This document shows positions 24,160 through 32,000 of a DNA stretch of 32,000 nucleotides, piece by piece. Made by a program: the position numbers and the translations under genes. The notes below the pieces were generated by a model that worked only from the letters and a program-made list of their open reading frames with translations, searched no databases and had not been told where the DNA came from. Position 1 is the stretch's first letter; the number at the start of each line of letters is the position of its first letter. This DNA comes from Acaryochloris marina MBIC11017 (GTDB taxonomy: Bacteria; Cyanobacteriota; Cyanobacteriia; Thermosynechococcales; Thermosynechococcaceae), in the NCBI RefSeq assembly GCF_000018105.1, contig NC_009925.1:4320001-4352000 (forward strand), written 5' to 3'.

Positions 24160-25536
24160 ATGACCTATTTCGTGTTTGAGAACCTACCTCACCAAGCTGG
24201 AGATTTAGTTGCAGAACGATATCGCTTAATATCTGTGCTGGGTCAAGGTGGATTTGGAGTAACTTACACAGCTGAAGATATTGATACTCACCAACAATTC
24301 GCTATCAAGCAAATGTCTTTAAAGGGCATGACCAATTGGAAGCAATTGGAATTATTTGAGCGAGAGGCACAAGTCTTATCTCAACTGGAACATCCAGCTA
24401 TTCCCAATTACATTGATTATTTTCAAACCGATACTGAAGGAGATCGTTATTACTATATTGTTCAAGAGCTAGCGTCAGGTAAATCTCTGGCAGAATTAGT
24501 TGGTCAAGGCTGGCAAGCCACCCAAGTAGAAGTAAAACAGATAGCCTTGCAGGTTTTGGAAGTTTTGAAGTACCTGCACGCGTTAACACCCCCGATCATT
24601 CATCGAGACATTAAACCCCAAAATATCATTCGAAATGATGATGGCCAGATATATCTAGTTGATTTTGGTGCTGTGCAAAATGTCTATCACAGCACGATGA
24701 TGGGTAGCACAGTGGTGGGTACTTATGGTTACATGGCGCCTGAACATTTCCAAGGGAAGGCTATCCCTGCGACCGACCTTTATTCTCTGGGGGCAACGTT
24801 GCTGTTTTTACTCACCCATTGCTCTCCTGCTGATTTACCTCGAAAACGTCTGAAAATTGATTTTGGCTCAGTTGTAAAGCTTGACCCTGCCTTTGCCGAT
24901 TGGCTTGATCTTATGCTGGAGCCAGTGGTCGAGGATCGTTTCTGCTCAGCTCAGGACGCCATCTCAGTTCTATTACAGCCAACAGTCAGTCGCTCTCTTG
25001 CTGGTGATGTAGCACAAACCATTCAGCAGCCACCTGGCAGCAAAATTAATTTGTATAAGACGAAAACTTCGGTGACCATTCATATCCCACCAGTTGGCTT
25101 GCCCTGGAAATCTGTTCAACAAAAGTGTTTGAAGCTTTGGTTTGATTTGTTAATGCTAATTATCTTGTTAATGCTACTTGAACATATTATGCCCCCGCTT
25201 GTTTTAGGGGGTGTATCCATTATTAGCGGGATGATTTGGGTTGGAATGATGGCTTCTGTGTTGTTTGATATTGTTGGACATACTCATCTCAAGATTGATC
25301 CAAAGCATTTTCGTTTGCTCTGGAGGTTAAAGTTCCCAGGTCTTAAGTATGTTCGTGGAGGGCGCACTGCAGATTTGATAAGAGTTAAGTGTATAACGAC
25401 CTCAAGAAGTAAGGCCAAATACTGCGCTCTTATCACTAAAGGTAATCAATATAATTTTGGAATGCAGCTTAGCTCTAGCGAAAAGAACTGGTTAGTGAAA
25501 GAAATAGGTGATTTTTTGATATCTCAACAGAACTGA
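24160..25536 (+). CDS. Ser/Thr protein kinase with C-terminal TM-hairpin module (paralog 3, subtype B)
   Basis: GQGGFG, FAIKQM, HRDIKPQN, DFG, MAPE. C-terminal module of the variant type (HTHLKIDPKHFRLLW..KYCALIT). ATG at 24160; a TTG lies at 24157. Confidence 0.9.
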   Translation: MTYFVFENLPHQAGDLVAERYRLISVLGQGGFGVTYTAEDIDTHQQFAIKQMSLKGMTNWKQLELFEREAQVLSQLEHPAIPNYIDYFQTDTEGDRYYYIVQELASGKSLAELVGQGWQATQVEVKQIALQVLEVLKYLHALTPPIIHRDIKPQNIIRNDDGQIYLVDFGAVQNVYHSTMMGSTVVGTYGYMAPEHFQGKAIPATDLYSLGATLLFLLTHCSPADLPRKRLKIDFGSVVKLDPAFADWLDLMLEPVVEDRFCSAQDAISVLLQPTVSRSLAGDVAQTIQQPPGSKINLYKTKTSVTIHIPPVGLPWKSVQQKCLKLWFDLLMLIILLMLLEHIMPPLVLGGVSIISGMIWVGMMASVLFDIVGHTHLKIDPKHFRLLWRLKFPGLKYVRGGRTADLIRVKCITTSRSKAKYCALITKGNQYNFGMQLSSSEKNWLVKEIGDFLISQQN

Positions 25537-25628
25537 ACGATGGACTGGAGAACGGCTGATTGCTCTAGATTCTCCATCTATGCCAAGGTACAAGACACAG
25601 CAGAATTGCGTTTCTAATGTAGCGCTTC

Positions 25629-27002
25629 ATGAGCATGAAGATTTCACATCCGATGGGTGACCTTATCGCTGAAAGGTATCGTGTGCGATCCGTTTTAGGG
25701 CAAGGTGGTGCTGGTATCACCTTTGCCGTGGAGGATGTTCATACTCACCAGTCTTATGCCCTTAAAGTCTTGTCTCTCAAAGGGATTCAGGATTGGAAAC
25801 AGCTAGAACTGTTTGAACGAGAAGCCAAGACGCTATCACAGCTGGATCATCCGGCCATTCCCAATTACATTGATTACTTTCAAGCTGATACCGCAGGCAA
25901 TCGGTGGTTTTATATTGTTCAAGAATTAGTTCCTGGCCACTCCCTCGCAGAACTTGTGCAGCAAGGATGGCGGGCAAACCAGACTGAAGTGCGTCAATTA
26001 GCTTTGCAGATTCTGGACATTCTGAAATATTTACATGAGCTGACCCCACCGATTATTCATCGAGATATTAAGCCGCAAAATATTATCCGTAATGGCGACG
26101 GCCAGATTTACTTGGTGGACTTTGGTGCTGTACAAAACGTCTATCACAACACGATGGTGGGCAGTACGGTGGTGGGCACCTATGGCTATATGGCTCCAGA
26201 GCATTTTCAAGGAAAGGCAGTGCCTGCGACCGACCTCTATTCTCTGGGGGCAACGCTGCTATTCTTGCTCACTCATTGTTCTCCCGCTGATTTACCTCAA
26301 AAACGTCTAAAAATTGACTTTCGCTCCGTCGTTCATCTTGAACCTGCTTTTGCGGATTGGCTGGATCAAATGTTGGAGCCTGCTCTAGAAGATCGGTTTG
26401 TTTCGGCCCGGGATGCGATGGATGGGCTTACTGCTCCACCCCGACGAGTGAAGCCACCTGCCAAGCCTCGCTCTCGGACTCCACGTCGGCAACCGAGGGG
26501 TAGTAAGGTTACCTTGAAACGGACAGAGACTCAGCTAATTGTTGATATTCCTCCCACTGGTTTGCGAGTACAAACGTTAGGGATGGGTTGCTTTGTGGTG
26601 TTTTGGAATGGGGGTGTTTTAGCTGGGACTTTCGCGTGTTTTGCAGTGGGTAATTTTGCCATTCTCCCTTTTTTCATTCCATTTTGGATTATGGGGAGTA
26701 TTTTAGTTGGTCTGACCCTCTGTGGGATAGCTAGCAGTACCCATCTAGAAATTAATCCTCTAACCTTTGAATTAGTCTGGCAAATCAAGTCTTTAGGGCT
26801 TCGATATCGTCGTAGTGGACGCACGTTGGAGATCAAACAAGTAAAACGAACGGATGCCTACAACATTAATGATCGCCCTGTGCAGGGGTGCACTCTCTTG
26901 GAAGGTTCTAAAAAACATAAATTTGGGACCATGCTGAGCCCTAGTGAACAAGCATGGCTCATGGAAGAAATTAGTGACTTTTTGAGATTGCGAAACCGCT
27001 GA
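25629..27002 (+). CDS. Ser/Thr protein kinase with C-terminal TM-hairpin module (paralog 4, subtype A)
   Basis: GQGGAG, YALKVL, HRDIKPQN, DFG, MAPE. Subtype A C-terminal module. Confidence 0.92.
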   Translation: MSMKISHPMGDLIAERYRVRSVLGQGGAGITFAVEDVHTHQSYALKVLSLKGIQDWKQLELFEREAKTLSQLDHPAIPNYIDYFQADTAGNRWFYIVQELVPGHSLAELVQQGWRANQTEVRQLALQILDILKYLHELTPPIIHRDIKPQNIIRNGDGQIYLVDFGAVQNVYHNTMVGSTVVGTYGYMAPEHFQGKAVPATDLYSLGATLLFLLTHCSPADLPQKRLKIDFRSVVHLEPAFADWLDQMLEPALEDRFVSARDAMDGLTAPPRRVKPPAKPRSRTPRRQPRGSKVTLKRTETQLIVDIPPTGLRVQTLGMGCFVVFWNGGVLAGTFACFAVGNFAILPFFIPFWIMGSILVGLTLCGIASSTHLEINPLTFELVWQIKSLGLRYRRSGRTLEIKQVKRTDAYNINDRPVQGCTLLEGSKKHKFGTMLSPSEQAWLMEEISDFLRLRNR

Positions 27003-27097
27003 CCAATTTGCTTGAAAAGGACTGATTGCGCCAGATCACCAACTTATTATTTGGGGCAAGACACAATGGAAGCATTGCGTTGTTACCCTAGCGCTTC

Positions 27098-28462
27098 ATG
27101 ATCACGCAAATTTCACACCAGATTGGCGACCTTATCGCTGAACGGTATCGTGTGCGATCCGTTTTGGGGCAAGGTAGCACTGGTATCACCTTTGCTGTGG
27201 AGGATGTTCAGACTCATCAGCAGTATGCCCTTAAAGCTTTGTCCCTCAAGGGAATTCAAGATTGGAAGCAGTTAGAACTGTTTGAGCGAGAAGCGAACGT
27301 TCTCTCGCAACTCGATCACCCATCAATTCCCCATTACATCGACTATTTCCAAACGGATACTGCAGAAGATCGGTGTTTTTATATTGTTCAAGAATTAGCA
27401 CCAGGTAAATCTCTTGCCTGTCTGGTGGAGGATGGATGGCGAGCGAGTCAGGCGGAGGTCCGTCAACTCGCTTTGAAAATTTTAGAGACATTGCAATATC
27501 TTCATGAATTACACCCACCGATTATTCATCGGGATATTAAACCGCAAAATATTATCCGTAATGGCGACGGCCAGTTCTATTTAGTCGATTTTGGAGCAGT
27601 GCAAAATGTCTACTACAACACGATGATGGGCAGTACGGTTGTAGGCACTTATGGGTATATGGCTCCTGAACATTTCCAAGGTAAGGCTGTCCCTGCGACG
27701 GATCTCTATTCTTTGGGAGCAACGCTACTGGCGCTGCTCACCCATTGCTCTCCTGCTGAATTGCCCCGGAAACGTCTGAAAATTGACTTTCGCTCAGTCG
27801 TAAGGCTCGACCCTGCTTTTGCCAATTGGCTGGATCATCTCATCGAACCTGCGGTGGAAGATCGGTTTGTTTCGGCCCGGAATGCGATCGCAGCCCTAAG
27901 ACAACCAGGCATCCCACGACAATCTTCTTTACCTCAAAAAGATAGATCTGCCCCGATTCAGCCAGTGGGCAGCAATATCCAATTACACAAAACGCAGACT
28001 ACACTGACTGTTCATATTCCCCCCGTCGGTTGGCATTGGGAAACGTTGAAACAGGAGTGTCTACAACTTTGGGTTAATGTCTGTGTCCTCGTTGTATTTT
28101 TATGGGCCTTTAAAGCGGCCATGCCCCCACTAATATTTGGAGTTGCGGCCTGTCTCGGCGGCATGATTGGGATTGGAATGCTGAACTCTGTGGTGTTTGC
28201 CATTGGGGGCCATACGCATCTCAAAATCGCTCCTCAGGCTTTTCGGTTATCCTGGCGGGTTCATATACCTGGTCTACAATACTCTCGCAGAGGGCGCACT
28301 GTAGACTTGATCGGGATTAAGTTAACCACGTCTCCTAAGAGTAAAGTCAAATACTGCACCCTATTCACTACAGATCATCAATATAGTTTTGGAACACATC
28401 TAAGCCCTTCTGAGCAGGCTTGGTTAGTGGAGGTCATTGGTCATTTTTTGAGGCCAGAATAA
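27098..28462 (+). CDS. Ser/Thr protein kinase with C-terminal TM-hairpin module (paralog 5, subtype B)
   Basis: GQGSTG, YALKAL, HRDIKPQN, DFG, MAPE. Subtype B C-terminal module (HTHLKIAPQAFRLSW..KYCTLFT). Confidence 0.92.
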   Translation: MITQISHQIGDLIAERYRVRSVLGQGSTGITFAVEDVQTHQQYALKALSLKGIQDWKQLELFEREANVLSQLDHPSIPHYIDYFQTDTAEDRCFYIVQELAPGKSLACLVEDGWRASQAEVRQLALKILETLQYLHELHPPIIHRDIKPQNIIRNGDGQFYLVDFGAVQNVYYNTMMGSTVVGTYGYMAPEHFQGKAVPATDLYSLGATLLALLTHCSPAELPRKRLKIDFRSVVRLDPAFANWLDHLIEPAVEDRFVSARNAIAALRQPGIPRQSSLPQKDRSAPIQPVGSNIQLHKTQTTLTVHIPPVGWHWETLKQECLQLWVNVCVLVVFLWAFKAAMPPLIFGVAACLGGMIGIGMLNSVVFAIGGHTHLKIAPQAFRLSWRVHIPGLQYSRRGRTVDLIGIKLTTSPKSKVKYCTLFTTDHQYSFGTHLSPSEQAWLVEVIGHFLRPE

Positions 28463-28554
28463 TCCTGGCTCGGCCCAGCGGGTTGTGCTAGATCACCCAC
28501 CGCTCTTGTGGGGCAAGCCACAATAAAGACAGCCCATTACCTATAAGGCAGCTC

Positions 28555-29976
28555 ATGCTTCAGCGGACCTCACACCAGATTGGCGACCTCATTGCTGAAC
28601 GGTATTTAGTGCAATCCGTGTTGGGGCAAGGAAGCAGTGGCATGACCTTCGCAGTTGAAGATATTCAGACTCGTCAGCTGTATGCCCTTAAGGCTTTGTC
28701 CCTTAGAGATATTCAGGACTGGAAACAGCTTGAACTGTTTGAACGAGAAGCCCAGGTCTTATCCCAGCTCGATCATCCAGCAATTCCTCACTACATTGAC
28801 TACTTTCAAGCGGATACTGACCAAGACCGATGGTTTTATATTGTCCAAGAATTAGCGTCCGGTCAATCCCTGTCAGACTGGGTTAAGGAGGGCTGGCGGG
28901 CCAGCCCGGCTGAAGTGCGTCAATTGGCAGTGCAGATTTTAGGCATTCTTCAATATCTCCATGCATTGAGTCCACCCATTATTCATCGGGATATCAAGCC
29001 CCAGAATATTATCCGTAGCGAAGATGGTCAAATTTATTTGGTGGATTTTGGAGCAGTCCAAAATATCTATCGCAATACGGCGGGCAGTACCGTTGTTGGT
29101 ACCTATGGCTATATGGCTCCCGAGCATTTCCAGGGTCAAGCAGTCCCGGCGACGGATCTCTATTCTTTAGGGGCGACGCTTCTCTTTCTCCTGACCCATT
29201 GTTCTCCTGTTGATTTGCCCCAACAGCGGCTCAAGATCGATTTTCGCCAAGCCGTTCAACTCCAGCCAGGGTTCGCCGATTGGCTGGATTGTCTGCTCGA
29301 ACCTGCTGTGGAAGATCGCTTGAGTTCGGCTCAGGAGGCATGGGATGCATTGGCAGCGTTAACTCGGCCCTCTGCCAAGCCGGTTCGTCCCAAATCCTTA
29401 TCCCAACGGAAAGTAGAGGCATTGCGGCAACAGCCCAAAGGCAGTAAGGTGCGGCTTCAAAAAACATCGTCTCAACTGACCGTTGATATTCCTCCGAGTG
29501 GGTTGCGGGGCAAAATTCTAGGGATTGGCCTGTTTGCCTTGTTCTGTGAAGGGATTGCCTTTGCGATCGCAGCCAGTGTTGCCACCAGTCTATTCAACGG
29601 TCAAGTCCCTCCTCTGTTTGCGTTTGTCGCGATTCTACCCCTACTGATTTCAGGATCAGGGCTGTTGATAGCGGTCTTGTTCGGTATTGCCGGGAGTATC
29701 CAGTTACAGATCAACTCTCAAACCTTTCAACTGTGTTGGCAAATTCAGCGCTTGGGGCTGCGACATCAAATATCGGGCAGCACAGCAGCATTGGATGGGG
29801 TTAAACTAACGACGGCCTATAAAAGTAATGACCGACCCGTTGCCGCCTGCACCCTGATTGAAGGAGACAAACTCCATAAATTTGGTACTCTGCTTAGCCT
29901 GCCAGAAAAAGAATGGCTCGTTCGGGAAATTAGTGATTTTTTATGGTGTCAGCCACGCCAGAAACAGACCGTCTAA
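28555..29976 (+). CDS. Ser/Thr protein kinase with C-terminal TM-hairpin module (paralog 6, divergent subtype A)
   Basis: GQGSSG, YALKAL, HRDIKPQN, DFG, MAPE. Subtype A-like C-terminal module with a longer linker and tail. Confidence 0.92.
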   Translation: MLQRTSHQIGDLIAERYLVQSVLGQGSSGMTFAVEDIQTRQLYALKALSLRDIQDWKQLELFEREAQVLSQLDHPAIPHYIDYFQADTDQDRWFYIVQELASGQSLSDWVKEGWRASPAEVRQLAVQILGILQYLHALSPPIIHRDIKPQNIIRSEDGQIYLVDFGAVQNIYRNTAGSTVVGTYGYMAPEHFQGQAVPATDLYSLGATLLFLLTHCSPVDLPQQRLKIDFRQAVQLQPGFADWLDCLLEPAVEDRLSSAQEAWDALAALTRPSAKPVRPKSLSQRKVEALRQQPKGSKVRLQKTSSQLTVDIPPSGLRGKILGIGLFALFCEGIAFAIAASVATSLFNGQVPPLFAFVAILPLLISGSGLLIAVLFGIAGSIQLQINSQTFQLCWQIQRLGLRHQISGSTAALDGVKLTTAYKSNDRPVAACTLIEGDKLHKFGTLLSLPEKEWLVREISDFLWCQPRQKQTV

Positions 29977-30149
29977 AAGGCTCAGCGGCTTCAGGTGTAG
30001 CGTGACCTGCTCAAAAATCCAAGATGTCAGAAGCTCAGCGCTATCTGTGCAACCTGAATTAAAGGGTTCAGGCGTCTGACTGATATAGATCTCCCTGATA
30101 GCGCTACCCTAGAGATCTCGCGAGGAGCGGTATTCTCCAGTCATTCCCT

Positions 30150-31631
30150 ATGAACTCCGGTTTCCCTAACCCTTATGCCTTTGAACATTCTGATCCAGAG
30201 ACCTTAGAAGCTGAACTGGATCAGACCATTCAGGACTTTGAGCAAATGCAGGCAGAATTGGGGTATCAGCAAGCCCATTCTGCTCTAGAGACCTTGGTGG
30301 ATAAGCTGGATCTCTCTCCCCGAGAGCGAGCGGGACTAGAAACCGAAATCAATTCCCTGCAATCCATGCTCGACAAGCTAGAAAAACAGGTGGTTCATAT
30401 CGCTGTGTTTGGCATGGTCAGTCGAGGCAAATCTTCCCTCCTCAATGCCTTGTTGGGACAGGCCGTGTTTGCCACCGGGCCGGTGCATGGGGTGACGCAA
30501 CAGAGCCAGCAGGCCAGCTGGTTTGTGGATCAAGACTCTGGCGAAGAGGCCATTCGCGTCTCTTTGCAAGGGGTGGGGCAATCCCGGATTGAGCTGATAG
30601 ACACCCCTGGGATTGATGAAGTCGATGGTGAGGTGCGAGAGCGGCTGGCCCGCCAAATTGCCCAGCAGGCCGATTTGATTTTATTTGTGATTGCGGGGGA
30701 TATGACCAAAGTCGAGTTTGAGGCTCTATCGGAGTTGCGGCAGGCCAGTAAACCGATTCTGCTAGTGTTCAACAAAGTCGACCAATATCCCGAAGCAGAT
30801 CGCAACGCCATTTACGAAAAAATTCGAGATGAGCGAGTGCGAGAGCTGCTGTCTGCCGATGAGATTGTCATGGCCTCGGCAGCCCCCCTGGTGGCCCAAG
30901 CCATCCAATATCCTGATGGGCGCTTGGGGGCAGAACTGGTGCCCGGCCCCCCCCAAGTCCAGGATCTAAAGTTGAAAATCCTAGAAGTGCTGGAGCGAGA
31001 AGGTAAGTCACTGGTGGCCCTGAATACCATGCTCTATGCCGATGATATTAACGAGCAGCTGATTGAGCGGAAGATGCGGATCCGCGATCGCAGTGCGAAT
31101 CAGATTATTTGGCGCGGCGTCATGGCCAAAGCGGTCGCCATTGCCCTTAATCCCGTTACCGTTGTGGATGTGCTCAGCAGTGCCGCCATCGACATCGCCA
31201 TGATTCTGACCCTTTCAAAGCTTTATGGCATTTCCATGACCCAAAAAGGAGCCGTCGATTTACTACGCAAAATTGCCTTAACAATGGGCGGCGTTGGTGC
31301 TACGGAACTATTAACCACTCTAGGGCTAAGTTCCCTCAAAGGACTCTTAAGCTTAGCGGCTCCAGCAACCGGGGGAGCCTCCCTGTTGCCCTACGTTTCT
31401 GTGGCCGTTTCTCAAGCAGCTGTGGCGGGGGTTTCTTCCTATGGCATTGGTGAAGTTACCAAACGGTACCTCGTCAATGGGGCCTCCTGGGGACCCAATG
31501 GGCCAAAAACCGTGGTTAATGAGATTCTCTCTTCCCTCGATCAGGCCACTATTTTGAACCGGATCAAAACCGAGCTGCAGGAAAAACTAGATATTGCTGA
31601 TGACAGCACATCTATGGTGGAAGAGGGCTAA
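30150..31631 (+). CDS. GTP-binding protein with C-terminal DUF697-like membrane-associated domain
   Basis: G1 GMVSRGKSSLLNALLG, G3 DTPGIDE, G4 NKVD. The C-terminal ~170 aa are Gly/Ala-rich and hydrophobic, as in the YcjF/DUF697 family. 493 aa. Confidence 0.85.
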   Translation: MNSGFPNPYAFEHSDPETLEAELDQTIQDFEQMQAELGYQQAHSALETLVDKLDLSPRERAGLETEINSLQSMLDKLEKQVVHIAVFGMVSRGKSSLLNALLGQAVFATGPVHGVTQQSQQASWFVDQDSGEEAIRVSLQGVGQSRIELIDTPGIDEVDGEVRERLARQIAQQADLILFVIAGDMTKVEFEALSELRQASKPILLVFNKVDQYPEADRNAIYEKIRDERVRELLSADEIVMASAAPLVAQAIQYPDGRLGAELVPGPPQVQDLKLKILEVLEREGKSLVALNTMLYADDINEQLIERKMRIRDRSANQIIWRGVMAKAVAIALNPVTVVDVLSSAAIDIAMILTLSKLYGISMTQKGAVDLLRKIALTMGGVGATELLTTLGLSSLKGLLSLAAPATGGASLLPYVSVAVSQAAVAGVSSYGIGEVTKRYLVNGASWGPNGPKTVVNEILSSLDQATILNRIKTELQEKLDIADDSTSMVEEG

Positions 31632-31634
31632 CCC

Positions 31635-32000
31635 CTATTCTGGAGGAGTGGCCGCGTCTGCTCCTGTAATTTCGATGGTGTCATTAACTTGAAGTTTGCC
31701 CTGGTCATCAATGCTCCAAATGTCATAGCTTCCCGTGACGTCGCCTTGAGGGTTTAGATCAACGGTGCCGCTGGCCCCCTGATAGTTGATGGTTTTCCCT
31801 TCCCGTAATAAGGCTAAAGCTTCACAGACATCCGTCACTTCTTCGCCCGGGGCATTGGCGACTGCTTGTAGCTGTTCTCGGATGCCAGTACCGGTGGGCT
31901 CCTTGGCGGCCTCGGCAGCCAGAACTAGAAGGGCCGTCGCATCCCAAGTATTAGGGTCAAAGACACTGGGCTCTCGCTGAAACGCGTCTTGATACCGTTT
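31635..32000 (-). CDS. ABC transporter substrate-binding protein, LivJ/PBP1-like (C-terminal part; gene continues beyond the right edge)
   Basis: The minus frame is open from 32000 down to the stop at 31635. It reads ...FDPNTWDATALLVLAAEAAKEPTGTGIREQLQAVANAPGEEVTD...TINYQGASGTVDLNPQGDVTGSYDIWSI, typical of branched-chain amino-acid-type binding proteins. Confidence 0.8.
   Translation of the reverse strand, partial: KRYQDAFQREPSVFDPNTWDATALLVLAAEAAKEPTGTGIREQLQAVANAPGEEVTDVCEALALLREGKTINYQGASGTVDLNPQGDVTGSYDIWSIDDQGKLQVNDTIEITGADAATPPE

Noticed and set aside
27066-27101. An 11-codon upstream ORF (MEALRCYPSAS*) whose TGA overlaps the ATG of kinase 5 in an ATGA arrangement, suggesting leader-peptide control.
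   Set aside because: The ATG is not conserved in the equivalent leaders before kinases 4 and 6 (acagcaga and caataaag at that position). Before kinase 2 it opens a different out-of-frame ORF. It is therefore probably fortuitous.
29858-30079. A 73-aa ORF overlapping the end of kinase 6 and the downstream spacer, plus short inverted repeats at 30054-30073 and 30086-30117.
   Set aside because: The ORF is an out-of-frame overlap with kinase 6. The hairpins are short (6-7 bp) and lack a following T-tract, so they are not convincing terminators.

Overview
The window looks like a cyanobacterial chromosome segment. It carries at least 10 copies of the HIP1 palindrome GCGATCGC, which is typical of cyanobacteria. 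Conserved housekeeping genes (pheT, a DUF697-type GTPase, a LivJ-like binding protein) alternate with accessory blocks. From left to right:

- A partial IS1-family element with an A7 slippery site.
- Two small enzymes.
- A GAF-LuxR regulator.
- An S9 peptidase and a class D (OXA-like) beta-lactamase.
- A TIR + P-loop NTPase gene followed 5 nt later by a winged-helix + TPR gene. The TPR gene holds 11 near-identical 144-bp repeats. Together the two genes look like an NLR/STAND protein split into two ORFs.
- Several membrane, exported and methyltransferase genes.
- A haem-c (CxxCH) sensor diguanylate cyclase, then pheT.
- A roughly 10.7 kb accessory block between pheT and the GTPase. It contains hicAB with a 39-bp tandem duplication at the gene junction, a Cys-rich zinc-ribbon ORF, and six tandem paralogous Ser/Thr kinases.

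The six-kinase array is the most unusual content. Each kinase has intact catalytic motifs and the same roughly 170-aa C-terminal transmembrane-hairpin module, which I cannot name. The modules fall into two subtypes that are interleaved along the array. I did not recognise any rRNA, tRNA or CRISPR array. All composition and identity statements are by eye, not computed.
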